A DNA stretch of 64,000 nt from an uncultured Alphaproteobacteria bacterium (GTDB lineage Bacteria > Pseudomonadota > Alphaproteobacteria > Rs-D84), in contig OZ007020.1 in assembly GCA_963931495.1 (NCBI GenBank), positions 573,880-637,879 on the forward strand, given 5' to 3'. A program made the position numbers and the translations under genes. Below are positions 18,672-27,851 of the stretch, in pieces; within the stretch, counting starts at the first letter, position 1; each line of letters starts with the position of its first letter. Below the pieces are notes generated by a model. It was not told where the DNA came from. It was given only the letters and a program-made list of their open reading frames with translations, and made no database searches.

Positions 18672-19199
18672 ATGAGTAAAGGCTGGGACAGCGCAACACT
18701 GAAAAAATTAAAAGCATTAACAGGCAAAGGGTTGTCAACATCTGAAATTGGCAGACGTTTGGGAATGTCTAAGAATGCGGTTGTTGGTAAATTGAACAGA
18801 TTGGGATGGAATTCCAAGGCGGGCGGTGTCAGTGCCACAACCAAGGCGCCGGTGTCCAAAAAGGCGGACAAGGTTACATCAAAAAAAGGTGCCAGTACAA
18901 AGAAAACATCGGTCGCCAAACAATCAACTAAATCTGGGGGCGCGGGCAAAAAAGCGTCTGGGGTGGCGTCGTCACGCGGGACGCGTTCTGTGAATAATAA
19001 TCTGGCAATGCACCAGCGTATCATCCAGCATTCATTAGAAATGGCGAACTTAAAGCCAAATCAATGTCGTTGGCCAATCGGTGATCCGGATTCCGAAGGG
19101 TTCCATTTTTGTGGTGCGCCTGTATTTGTTGGCAAGCCGTATTGTTACGAACATTGCAAACAGGCATATCAATTTACACCGCCAAAGAAAAAGCAATAA
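18672..19199 (+). CDS. gcrA: Cell-cycle transcriptional regulator GcrA
   Basis: 175 aa; N-terminal WDSATLKKLKALTGKGLSTSEIGRRLGMSKNAVVGKLNRLG and C-terminal CRWPIGDP...FHFCGA motifs characteristic of GcrA. Confidence 0.85.
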   Translation: MSKGWDSATLKKLKALTGKGLSTSEIGRRLGMSKNAVVGKLNRLGWNSKAGGVSATTKAPVSKKADKVTSKKGASTKKTSVAKQSTKSGGAGKKASGVASSRGTRSVNNNLAMHQRIIQHSLEMANLKPNQCRWPIGDPDSEGFHFCGAPVFVGKPYCYEHCKQAYQFTPPKKKQ

Positions 19200-21431
19200 G
19201 TGGGGTGTCATTATATGACAAGCGAGAGGGAAAATATGAATTCTGTTTTAACACCGCGGGAATATGACATTGCCGGCAATTCTTTTCGTGCGTACCGTGA
19301 TTCAGATGGCAAGTTGGTGTTCGTTATTGATAATACGTTAAATGAACGTAAAACGAATGTGATGCTGGTTATAAATCCTGTGGGTGACAGAAAATGGGAT
19401 GATATTTTGGCGAATGATTACGCCGTTGATTTAGAAACAGTTCGCCCAAAGAAAGATAATAAATATCAAAAACTGGATATTGAATACAGCGGATTGGCGG
19501 AATATGATGATTTAATTCGTGCATACGAAAACGGCGATGATTTAACCAGTGCGCTGGGGGCATTGGCGCGTTTTCGGGATGCGTCGGTGCGTCGGGCGGC
19601 GATGGAACGGTTGTCGGTGGCCGAAGCAAATGCCGCGCGTGCGCGCGATACAATATTAAAAACAAATGATTCAATTGCCGAATTGCGTGTGCGGTTGCGT
19701 CAGTTGCGTCGTACATTGGCAAATCAAAAAAATCAAATTGGGCGCGAGCCAACAAAACAATCTGCATCAAAAATATTACGAACAGATGCGCAAATTGATG
19801 CCATAAATGAAAAATTGCGTCGCGCGGAACGTCGCCTGGACAATGCCCAGCGGCGGTTGGTTGTCGCTGATGAAGATGCCGCAGTGGCACGGAATATTTT
19901 GGCATGTGACCCGGTCGCGGGGGATTCTGGGGTGGGCGTAACGTCGGTGATTGATGTTCTGCGTCCGCATGATGTGGATGTTCAAAACCAAAATTTGCCG
20001 GTAATTCAGCCGCGTAATGATTTGATTGCAACAACCCCGGTCCCAGATGCGGATGTATCGGATGTGGATGCACCGGATGGCGATGTTGTTGACCCAGGTG
20101 CGTCTGGTGATGCGGAATATAATGTTGACTATGACCAGGATTTTAATGTAAATATAACAGAACAACCAAAGGCGGATATGATGGCCGAAGAAGATGTAAA
20201 ACCACTGTTTGATAAAAATCCAGAAATTCTGGACGAAGAAATTGCGTTTAAGCCAATTCAGTTTGGTGTTTCCAGTCCGGTGTCGGATGAACAAAATCAA
20301 TCAGACGTGTCGTCTGGGGATAATAATGATGTTTTATCAGGGGCGCCATTATCATTTACGCCGCCGGCGGAAAGTAAGCCCAGTGTAACGAATGATGCGT
20401 CGCCATCAGATAATCAATACGCGCAACAACCGTCCCCTGTGCTGGACAGTTTGTCTGCGGTTGGTGCAACCCCGGCCCCAGAAACAAATGTAGAACAAAC
20501 AAACGATGTTGTACAACCGGCGGCGCCGTCGGCGGCCAACAGACCGGCACCTGTGATGCCAAATGTTGCGCCGGAAAATACGTTGGGCAACAACATTCCA
20601 AACAATAATTATGTTAATGAAAATTCACAGACTGTGCCTGCACCGGCTGGGGGTGCGCCAATTGCAAATGCGCCCCGCCCTGTGTCGCCAATAACTGGTA
20701 CACCGGCACCAACAAATCCGGCACCACGTCGTCCGACGGCAATATATTACATAATGTTAGTATTGTTGATTGCGTTATCGGTATTTACGTTGTGGCTGTA
20801 CCAGAAAAATACGAATGATGGTTCGCCTGACTTGACGGCAACGGTACCGCCAGCCGAAGAAAATGTTGCGGTGGATGTGGTTGTTGATGACGTGGACAGC
20901 CCGTTTGTGCCAACCATAACAACAACGGACACGGAACCAGATGTGGTCACCACGGTTGTCGCAGATGTGGCCCCGGATACTGGGGACATGGTGGAATCGG
21001 TTGTTGCACCGGAAACTGTCCAGGATGTTGACATTGAACCGGTCGCGGAATTAATTCCAGAACCAGAACCGGTTGTCGTCCCGGAACCTGTGCAAGATGT
21101 CCCGCCGGTCATAGAAACAACAACCGTGGCACCGGTTGTGACGCCGGCACCGATACTGGAACCAGAACCAGTTGTTATTGAAAGCGAAGAAGAAATATTG
21201 GCAAACAAGCCGGCATATAATGTTTCACAAAATGAAAACATGTTTGTTGCCGACCCAGAATATGAAACAGAAACACAGTATACTGTGACGCAAGATTTGC
21301 CAAAATGCCCAGACGGTTCGGCACCCGATATGAATGGGTGTTGCCCGGGCGAGATATATACGGATCTGGGGGCGGCTGGGTTTAATTGTTGTCCGGAAAC
21401 GGGCGGTGATTGTTTCCCGCCATTGTTATAA
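19200..21431 (+). CDS. Large single-pass membrane protein: N-terminal coiled coil, long Pro/Asn-rich disordered region, TM helix, acidic PEPEPV-type repeats, C-terminal CC-rich knot (alternative start at 19236)
   Basis: 743 aa; TM IYYIMLVLLIALSVFTLWLY; repeats VVPEPVQDV / EPEPVVI; C-term KCPDGSAPDMNGCCPGEIYTDLGAAGFNCCPETGGDCF; starts 1 nt after gcrA stop. Confidence 0.6.
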   Translation: MGCHYMTSERENMNSVLTPREYDIAGNSFRAYRDSDGKLVFVIDNTLNERKTNVMLVINPVGDRKWDDILANDYAVDLETVRPKKDNKYQKLDIEYSGLAEYDDLIRAYENGDDLTSALGALARFRDASVRRAAMERLSVAEANAARARDTILKTNDSIAELRVRLRQLRRTLANQKNQIGREPTKQSASKILRTDAQIDAINEKLRRAERRLDNAQRRLVVADEDAAVARNILACDPVAGDSGVGVTSVIDVLRPHDVDVQNQNLPVIQPRNDLIATTPVPDADVSDVDAPDGDVVDPGASGDAEYNVDYDQDFNVNITEQPKADMMAEEDVKPLFDKNPEILDEEIAFKPIQFGVSSPVSDEQNQSDVSSGDNNDVLSGAPLSFTPPAESKPSVTNDASPSDNQYAQQPSPVLDSLSAVGATPAPETNVEQTNDVVQPAAPSAANRPAPVMPNVAPENTLGNNIPNNNYVNENSQTVPAPAGGAPIANAPRPVSPITGTPAPTNPAPRRPTAIYYIMLVLLIALSVFTLWLYQKNTNDGSPDLTATVPPAEENVAVDVVVDDVDSPFVPTITTTDTEPDVVTTVVADVAPDTGDMVESVVAPETVQDVDIEPVAELIPEPEPVVVPEPVQDVPPVIETTTVAPVVTPAPILEPEPVVIESEEEILANKPAYNVSQNENMFVADPEYETETQYTVTQDLPKCPDGSAPDMNGCCPGEIYTDLGAAGFNCCPETGGDCFPPLL

Positions 21432-21434
21432 AAA

Positions 21435-21459
21435 ATCTGCGCGAATGCGCAGATTTTTT
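21435..21459 (+). terminator. Rho-independent terminator after 743-aa gene
   Basis: atctgcgcg-aa-tgcgcagat followed by ttttt. Confidence 0.7.
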
Positions 21460-21547
21460 ATCGGTATATCAAATATCGGATTGATTTTTGTTGATTTGTT
21501 TTTGGCAGATTTGGTATAATTCACCGCGTGAAAGTGATGATATTTAT

Positions 21548-21658
21548 GCCTAATCTAAACCACCGTTTATAATGGCGATTTTTATTTTTGTAAAAATCCC
21601 AGAATTCTGCATTTTTTGTCCCCCACTTTTTGCCGAATCTAAACGGTGGTTTAGATTC
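21548..21658. repeat. Paired palindromic element copy B (arms 21548-21577 and 21631-21658)
   Basis: Right arm tgccgaatctaaacggtggtttagattc (perfect 24-bp palindrome around GGTGG core, two GANTC); left arm gcctaatctaaaccaccgtttataatggcg. Confidence 0.75.
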
Positions 21659-22446
21659 AATTATATTATGTGTGATGGCGATGTTGCCGTTTTCCGGATA
21701 TGCGGCGGTATCTTACCCCGGGGACGAGGCGGGATCTTGGTGCAGTTCGGGTTTTACATGGTGTACCGATATGGCGGGAACATTTGGATGTTGTGCCCCC
21801 CAGACAGCGTCATGCGGGAACGGTGCGTATTGTAAGACCGGTGGTGGCGGTGGTGGTGCCGGTACCGGCGGCAGTGCCACGTGTACACAAAAATTTTCAT
21901 GCACCGGTTCGGCATCAGAGATAAATTCTGTCAGTAATTGCGCGGTTTCGTTAACCAGTTGTTATGGTGATGCTGCAAGCAATCCAGTTGTGACGTGTAC
22001 CAGATGTTTAACCGGGTATGACATGACCGCAATGTATATCAGTCTGGATGGTGATTGTCGGAATGTATCCATACAGTATTTATTATACGTGTACCAAGGA
22101 TGACGGTGGTGGTGGTGATGGCGGTGGTGATGGTGGTGGCGGTGACATCGGAACAATTTGTCAGAATTGTACCAATTCGGCGGGGGTGTGTACAATGACA
22201 TCGCCAAAGTGTTGCCCACCATGTGATGAAAGTGCCGTGGGTCCAGTGGAATGTCCGGCGGGACAGTATGGGTTTTCTGCATCAAACTGTCAACCATGTC
22301 CGGTGGGGCCAAACGGCGAATCAACCACCAGTATAAAGGGGCAGAACAGAAGTATCACCGGATGCTATATTGCGGCGGGCACGGAATTTTCAGATGACAC
22401 AGGCAGTGGTGTATATGTGGAAAAGTGTAGTTATTCTTTGATATAA
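21630..22446 (+). CDS. Secreted Cys-rich CxxCPxGY-repeat protein, apparently split by a frameshift into ORFs 21630-22103 and 22048-22446 (possible pseudogene or phase-variable gene)
   Basis: Both ORFs carry family motifs (CAPQTASCGNGAYC..., CQNCTNSAGVC, CPPCDESAVGPVECPAGQYG, CQPCPVGPNG); frames differ by +1 just upstream of a (GGT/GGC)n tract; annotated start at 21630 is TTG inside the repeat, a Met at 21675 is more plausible. Confidence 0.45.
22105..22146 (+). repeat. Simple-sequence tract (GGT/GGC/GAT)14 encoding poly-Gly/Asp
   Basis: ggtggtggtggtgatggcggtggtgatggtggtggcggtgac immediately after the frame break. Confidence 0.8.
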
Positions 22447-22450
22447 AAAA

Positions 22451-22473
22451 ATCCCGCATTATGCGGGATTTTT
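22451..22473. terminator. Bidirectional rho-independent terminator between Cys-rich gene and acpS
   Basis: atcccgcat-t-atgcgggat flanked by A-run and T-run. Confidence 0.7.
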
Positions 22474-22855
22474 ACAGTTGTTCAATAATGACCATTGCCA
22501 CAGAATAATTGTCTTGGTCGGTAATTGACAAGTGTATGTTGATATTATTGTTGCCGTTGGATTTTTCTTTTAATGCCGTTCGGGCACCACCGGCCAGCAA
22601 TAATTCAGGGCATCCAGTGTCATTATGTATGACCGAAACATCCGAAAACGCAATGTCGTCGCCAAATCCGGTTCCCAATGCTTTCAGGCATGCTTCGCGC
22701 GCAGCCCAAAAATTCGCCAGGTGTTTTTCAGCGTTCGCGTTATCGTTGTCGGCATATTCCAGTTCTTTTTTTGTAAATATACGCTGTTTTTTGAATGCCG
22801 ACCAGTCCAGAAAACGATCGCATTCAACCATGTCAATTCCAATACCCAGTATCAC
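22472..22855 (-). CDS. acpS: Holo-[acyl-carrier-protein] synthase, GTG start
   Basis: GTG at revcomp 22853-22855 gives MILGIGIDMVECDRF (canonical AcpS N-terminus) with GGAGG SD 7 nt upstream; the longer ORF (to 23059) runs antisense through tRNA-Pro and is not credible. Confidence 0.75.
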   Translation of the reverse strand: MILGIGIDMVECDRFLDWSAFKKQRIFTKKELEYADNDNANAEKHLANFWAAREACLKALGTGFGDDIAFSDVSVIHNDTGCPELLLAGGARTALKEKSNGNNNINIHLSITDQDNYSVAMVIIEQL

Positions 22856-22981
22856 GGATGTATCCTCCCCTGTGTTATTGATTTTACGGTTATGGCATAC
22901 TAGGCACTTTTTGCCGATTCGTGCAAGCATAAAATATATACTTGCATTTAATACGGTGGGATTGTATAAATATGTGCATGT

Positions 22982-23058
22982 CGGGGCGTAGCTCAGCCTG
23001 GTAGAGTACTTGCATGGGGTGCAAGGGGTCGCAGGTTCAATTCCTGTCGCCCCGACCA
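22982..23058 (+). tRNA. tRNA-Pro (anticodon GGG), CCA encoded
   Basis: Acceptor CGGGGCG/CGCCCCG, anticodon stem CTTGC/GCAAG loop ATGGGGT. Confidence 0.88.
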
Positions 23059-23076
23059 TTTTTGTTTATTAAACGA

Positions 23077-23313
23077 CTATTGTGTTGTTGAATCGTCGTA
23101 CACAGAATACGTTGTATTTCCAATACGGATTTTTACATTCCCTGTGACATTTGGTGACATGTCGCCATAGAATAATTTATCTGAATATTCCAGGACCAAT
23201 GACGGTGTTGTGCGGCGCGCACTGCGCATGTGTACAGTTTTGTCACCAATGTGCAGTGTTCGCCCACAATCATTAATATCATCCGCCCCGGTCCCGTATC
23301 CAATTGTTGTCAT
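23077..23313 (-). CDS. Hypothetical Gly/Thr-rich protein; open frame extends upstream to 23474 without an ATG
   Basis: 78 aa from first ATG; upstream in-frame 54 codons (RIGRKITTYIAYKNIRQINGGSYIDTPKSDVCINVGPEYWIGENYTNYGATGTRNACGGG) lack ATG/GTG/TTG. Confidence 0.3.
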   Translation of the reverse strand: MTTIGYGTGADDINDCGRTLHIGDKTVHMRSARRTTPSLVLEYSDKLFYGDMSPNVTGNVKIRIGNTTYSVYDDSTTQ

Positions 23314-23474
23314 GCCGCCACCGCATGCGTTGCGTGTGCCGGTTGCGCCATAGTTTGTATAATTTTCGCCAATCCAATATTCTGGGCCAACGTTTATACA
23401 GACATCTGATTTTGGGGTATCAATGTATGAACCGCCATTAATTTGACGGATATTTTTGTACGCAATATATGTTG

Positions 23475-24032
23475 TTATTTTTCGCCCAATGCGGTCAAAA
23501 TATTTTTGAAATTATCATCAACCGCGCCCGTCACATCAATATTTGAAAACTTTATATTTGGTACCGTTTCCATCCATTCAATTGCCGGCATGGTGGTCTT
23601 CCAAAATATGTCCAGCCGTTTACGTACCGCATTGGCGTCGGCATCATCTGTACGACCGCCGCCTTCGCGGATACGCTTTTGAATACGTTGAACCATGATT
23701 TCTTCGGGTACGTTCAAGTATAATACATGTATATCAAATTTGTCGGCATAGTTGGTGATTAACCATTCAGCCTGGTCCAATGTGCGGGGAAATCCGTCCA
23801 TCAGTATATCTTTGTCACCCGTGATGTTTTCCGCCACCAGTTTGACCAGCATGTCAAACGGTAACAATTCACCGCGCGCCATAATTTCGCCAATCGTTGG
23901 ATTCGTTGCCGCGGCATCGCGCAGCATTTTTCCGGTTTCAATATATGTGTATTCGTGGCGTTCGCGCAACATGCGTGCAAATGTGCCCTTGCCGACACCC
24001 TGGCCGCCCATTAAAATGATTATCTTTTTCAT
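23475..24032 (-). CDS. adk: Adenylate kinase (short, lid-less type)
   Basis: MKKIIILMGGQGVGKGTFARML P-loop and DGFPRT motif; start Met 12 codons into listed ORF. Confidence 0.8.
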   Translation of the reverse strand: MKKIIILMGGQGVGKGTFARMLRERHEYTYIETGKMLRDAAATNPTIGEIMARGELLPFDMLVKLVAENITGDKDILMDGFPRTLDQAEWLITNYADKFDIHVLYLNVPEEIMVQRIQKRIREGGGRTDDADANAVRKRLDIFWKTTMPAIEWMETVPNIKFSNIDVTGAVDDNFKNILTALGEK

Positions 24033-24111
24033 GCCTGGTATTATATCATAAAAAAATAAATCCGGCAAGTGCCGGATTTATTATTAATAACCATGGACCC
24101 AGTCCAATGGA

Positions 24112-25812
24112 TTATTTTTTGCTGTTTTCAATGGCCGCGCCCAGAATATCGCCCAACACAGAACCACTGTCGGCCTGGTTTGCATATTCTTTGACAGCCT
24201 GTTTTTCCAGCGTTACTTGTAACGCGCGCACGGACAGTTTTACCACGTTGTTATCAACGGATACAACCGACGCTTCCACGGTGTCGCCCACGTTGTATTT
24301 GCTGGTATCCTGTTCAGATTTTTCACGTGACAGGTCTGTGCGACGAATAACACCACGAATGTCGTTTGGCAATGCCAAAATCAATTCGTCTGGGGTTATT
24401 TCGGATACAGTGCCAGATACAACCGCGCCTTTCTTTAACGATGCAGCGTTGCTGTCGGCACCCGCGGTTAATTGTTTAATGCCCAATGTAATGCGTTCTT
24501 TGTCCGGATTGATGTCCAAGATTTTCGCAGTGACTTCTTGGCCACGGACGAATTTTTTCAATTCTTCTTCGTCCAGTTTGTTCCAAGACAAATCGGATAT
24601 ATGAACCATGCCGTCCAATTCTGGCGTTAATGCAATGAACAATCCGAATTCTGTGGTGTTTTTAATTGGGCCGGTTACAACGTCGCCAACATTGTGCGTT
24701 TCGGCAAACTGTTTCCACGGATTTGGTTGCAGTTGCTTGTAACCCAATGAAATACGGCGTTTTTCTTGGTCAATCCCCAACACGACAACGTCAACATCTT
24801 GGCCAACTTGTAAAACTTTACTTGGGTGGATGTTTTTGTTTGTCCATGACAGTTCAGACATGTGAACCAGTCCTTCTATGTTATTGCCCAAGTCAATGAA
24901 TGCACCGTAATCTGTTAATGAAGATACCTTGCCTGATACTGTGTCACCAACATTGAATGCGCGTGACGCGTTTTCCCATGGGTCTTCTTCCAGTTGTTTT
25001 GCACCCAATGAAATGCGGTGTGATTCTGGATCAAATTGAATAACTTTGACCTTTATCTTTTCACCAACGTGCACCAGTTCGCGTGGATGATTTACACGTT
25101 TCCATGACAAATCTGTGACGTGCAGCAATCCGTCAATACCGCCCAGGTCAACAAACACACCGTAATCAGTGATGTTTTTAACCGTGCCTTCAATAACAGC
25201 GCCCAATGAAATGTTTTTCATTGCTTCTTTTTGTGCGGCGGCGATTGAATCAGCCTGGATTGCGCGACGTGATACAATTGCGTTTGTACGTAATGCATCC
25301 ATCTTTAATACGCGGAATTTATCTTTCAATCCAATCAGTGATTTCGCATCGCGCACAGGTTTATGATCAACCTGGGATGATGGCATAAATGCAAATACGC
25401 CGTTGATGTCAACCGTGTATCCACCACGTACAACGTCAATAATCGTACCTTCGGGGTCAATGCCGGCGGCAACAGTCTTTTCCAGTTCTTTCCATGCTTT
25501 TTCTGCACGGGCCTTGGCATAAGATAATACGGCCGTACCTTCGCGGGATTCATAGCGTTCAACAAAAACGTCAATGATGTCACCAACACTGGGGACGGAT
25601 GCGCCAAATTCTTTTAATGGAATGCGCCCTTCGGATTTCAGGCCGACGTCAACAATCGCAAAATCACCACGAATATCTTTGATTGTGCCCTTGGTTGCGT
25701 AACCCTGTAATGTTTCTTGGGTGCCATAGTCGTTGTTAAACATCTGGACAAAATCTTCGCCAGATAATGGATTAAATAAATCTTTGGATAAATCTTTCAT
25801 AAAGAAATTCAC
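24112..25812 (-). CDS. rpsA: 30S ribosomal protein S1
   Basis: 566 aa with six S1 repeats (GxV.G.V..I...GAFV-type). Confidence 0.9.
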   Translation of the reverse strand: MNFFMKDLSKDLFNPLSGEDFVQMFNNDYGTQETLQGYATKGTIKDIRGDFAIVDVGLKSEGRIPLKEFGASVPSVGDIIDVFVERYESREGTAVLSYAKARAEKAWKELEKTVAAGIDPEGTIIDVVRGGYTVDINGVFAFMPSSQVDHKPVRDAKSLIGLKDKFRVLKMDALRTNAIVSRRAIQADSIAAAQKEAMKNISLGAVIEGTVKNITDYGVFVDLGGIDGLLHVTDLSWKRVNHPRELVHVGEKIKVKVIQFDPESHRISLGAKQLEEDPWENASRAFNVGDTVSGKVSSLTDYGAFIDLGNNIEGLVHMSELSWTNKNIHPSKVLQVGQDVDVVVLGIDQEKRRISLGYKQLQPNPWKQFAETHNVGDVVTGPIKNTTEFGLFIALTPELDGMVHISDLSWNKLDEEELKKFVRGQEVTAKILDINPDKERITLGIKQLTAGADSNAASLKKGAVVSGTVSEITPDELILALPNDIRGVIRRTDLSREKSEQDTSKYNVGDTVEASVVSVDNNVVKLSVRALQVTLEKQAVKEYANQADSGSVLGDILGAAIENSKK

Positions 25813-25972
25813 ACAAAGTTTGCCGTCGCGATATATTTATAACTGCGCGAGGACTTGTGGGGTTAATCGGATTCGTCCCGCGCCCACCCGCGAAACTGTG
25901 CCGATTATATACGAAAATTTTTGAAAAAGCAAGTATTTATAACAAACAAGGGCGCGTCGGCGCCATTATTTG

Positions 25973-26428
25973 TTATTTCGCAATTATACGTGCGCGTTCG
26001 CCATAGTCGGCATCCAGAACATATACAGATTGCCCCACAGAAAATACAGTATCGTCACCCTGGGTTAATGTGACAGATTTGCCAGAATCCAGTTTAACAA
26101 TGTATTCCAGGCCACTTTGCGCGGACAGACCGGCCTGGGCTTTACCACCCAGGTAACCGCCCAACACCGCGCCACCAACCGCGCCAATTGTCTGGGTTAA
26201 CCCGTTGTCGCCCAGCATACTGCCGGCAACACCGCCAACAATCCCACCGGCCGTTTGACCGATTTCTGTATCGTCGTCGGCAATGGTCACAGGACGTGCG
26301 CTTATTATCGTGCCACTGGATACCGTGTTTACCGCCCCTGTGCCACTGGTGGCATAGTGATTTATGTCTAAATCAGCCCCGCATGCCGCCAGTCCCAGTG
26401 TTGTTATTAATAATAAAACTTTTTTCAT
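25973..26428 (-). CDS. Glycine-zipper outer-membrane lipoprotein (SlyB/Pcp / 17-kDa-antigen-like)
   Basis: 151 aa; lipobox LGLAAC; GGIVGGVAGSMLG...GAVGGAVLGGYLGG glycine zipper. Confidence 0.6.
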   Translation of the reverse strand: MKKVLLLITTLGLAACGADLDINHYATSGTGAVNTVSSGTIISARPVTIADDDTEIGQTAGGIVGGVAGSMLGDNGLTQTIGAVGGAVLGGYLGGKAQAGLSAQSGLEYIVKLDSGKSVTLTQGDDTVFSVGQSVYVLDADYGERARIIAK

Positions 26429-26456
26429 TGCGCCCCCCGTGTTAGTTGTGCATTTC

Positions 26457-26927
26457 TTAGCGTGAAAATTGCACGCGTGTGTTGTTGTGCAATACGTTCT
26501 TTAACGCCATTACTGGAATACCCGACATTGCCGAGTTGTGGTAAATACGTAATACCTTGGAATACATCAAGTTATTTGGGTTGATGATATTGCCGCGCGA
26601 ATCAATTATGTTACGCAATTCGTCCGTTTTCAGGGCATGGGCCAAATCCATAACCAATCCGGGATTCAGACCAGTTGATTCAAACGGATTTGCGTGTGTG
26701 GTATACGGCAAGTTATATTTTGCGTGCACCTTGGTATATCCCGGCAGATTTTTGAACGATGACCATGACACAGGATTTATTTCATATATATCCCCAGATA
26801 AAACATAATCCTGGGCCGCCAAAGATGTGCGACGAATCAAATCGGCATTGCGCGCATAGTATTGTGGACTTAATGTTTTCAGGCACATCGCGCGCAGTTC
26901 AAATATAGGCATTAATTTTGTTTCCAT
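26457..26927 (-). CDS. Hypothetical protein
   Basis: ORF to 27008; probable start METKLMPIFELRAM at 26927; no motif recognised. Confidence 0.4.
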   Translation of the reverse strand: METKLMPIFELRAMCLKTLSPQYYARNADLIRRTSLAAQDYVLSGDIYEINPVSWSSFKNLPGYTKVHAKYNLPYTTHANPFESTGLNPGLVMDLAHALKTDELRNIIDSRGNIINPNNLMYSKVLRIYHNSAMSGIPVMALKNVLHNNTRVQFSR

Positions 26928-27046
26928 GATACAACACCCCCATTGGTCTGTTAATTGCCATGTTGTGTTATAGCACCCATAACGCCATTGGTCAATATTA
27001 AAAAACACCCCCGAATTCGGGGGTGTAATTCATGCATAAAAGATAC

Positions 27047-27742
27047 CTAGAATGTATATCTTAACCCCAGGTATACTTGGTGTGAACCATCAACGGCGAT
27101 ATCCATAGAATGTTCCTTGTTATCAAATATCGTGTCCAGCATTGGGTCACCAGAATCGGCAAACGGATTTTCAAAATTTATGGTGCCATTGTTTAAGTAT
27201 CTGTACCCTAAATCAATCGCAAATGCATCGGTTACATTATATGCGATACCGGCGCCAACCTGCCACGCCACGCCTGTGCCACCGGTCAGGTCCATATCGC
27301 CATCGGAAACGCTTGTCCAACCATAACCAATACCGGCGGTTACATATGGTGTGATTGGTGTGCCTGTTTTGATGTCACCAGCCAGGTTGAACAGTGCGGT
27401 ATGATTAAATATTTCCAGCGGTTCTGCATCGTCTGTTTGCAAGCCGTTGTATATGTATTCTAATTCCGCGCGGGCATTAAAATAATCGCTGGTAAAGAAT
27501 GTTGCACCAACGGCGCCGCCAACCATAAAACCACTTGTTTCCCATTCCAGGTCGTCGCGAAGGAAAGCTTTAAGTTGGTCGCCCTTCAGTTCCATAGATT
27601 CCCTTGTGAAAGAATCTACACTCATATTCGTTTGGATGTCGTATCCACCGCGTACCGTAACATATGGATCAAATCCCACCGCGGCGTTTGCAGATGACAC
27701 GGCGAAAACTGCTAATAAAGAGGTTAATAAATATTTTTTCAT
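27047..27742 (-). CDS. Outer-membrane beta-barrel protein (Omp25/OmpA-like small porin family)
   Basis: 231 aa; signal peptide MKKYLLTSLLAVFAVSSANA; alternating amphipathic strands; C-terminal GLRYTF (terminal Phe). Confidence 0.65.
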   Translation of the reverse strand: MKKYLLTSLLAVFAVSSANAAVGFDPYVTVRGGYDIQTNMSVDSFTRESMELKGDQLKAFLRDDLEWETSGFMVGGAVGATFFTSDYFNARAELEYIYNGLQTDDAEPLEIFNHTALFNLAGDIKTGTPITPYVTAGIGYGWTSVSDGDMDLTGGTGVAWQVGAGIAYNVTDAFAIDLGYRYLNNGTINFENPFADSGDPMLDTIFDNKEHSMDIAVDGSHQVYLGLRYTF

Positions 27743-27825
27743 ATTTTCTCCTTTTTATAAATCGTGCACTGATTTTAACCAGTACGATATTATTATGGAG
27801 TAAAAATTCCTGGTTGGCAAGAAAA

Positions 27826-27843
27826 AACGCCCATGCGGGCGTT
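27826..27843. terminator. Bidirectional terminator hairpin between OMP gene and thyA
   Basis: aacgccc-atg-cgggcgtt with flanking A/T runs. Confidence 0.6.
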
Positions 27844-27851
27844 TCCAGAGC

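Noticed and set aside
20800-21200. Periodic PEPEPV nucleotide repeats considered as a possible CRISPR-like or tandem non-coding array
   Set aside because: They are in-frame within a long ORF and encode an acidic Pro/Glu/Val repeat protein segment. There are no direct repeats with unique spacers.
22509-22991. 160-aa plus-strand ORF overlapping acpS and tRNA-Pro
   Set aside because: Lies entirely antisense to acpS and runs into the tRNA gene. No motif.
22856-23059. N-terminal 68 codons of listed ORF 22472-23059
   Set aside because: This part is antisense to tRNA-Pro. The true acpS start is the GTG at 22855, preceded by a GGAGG SD.
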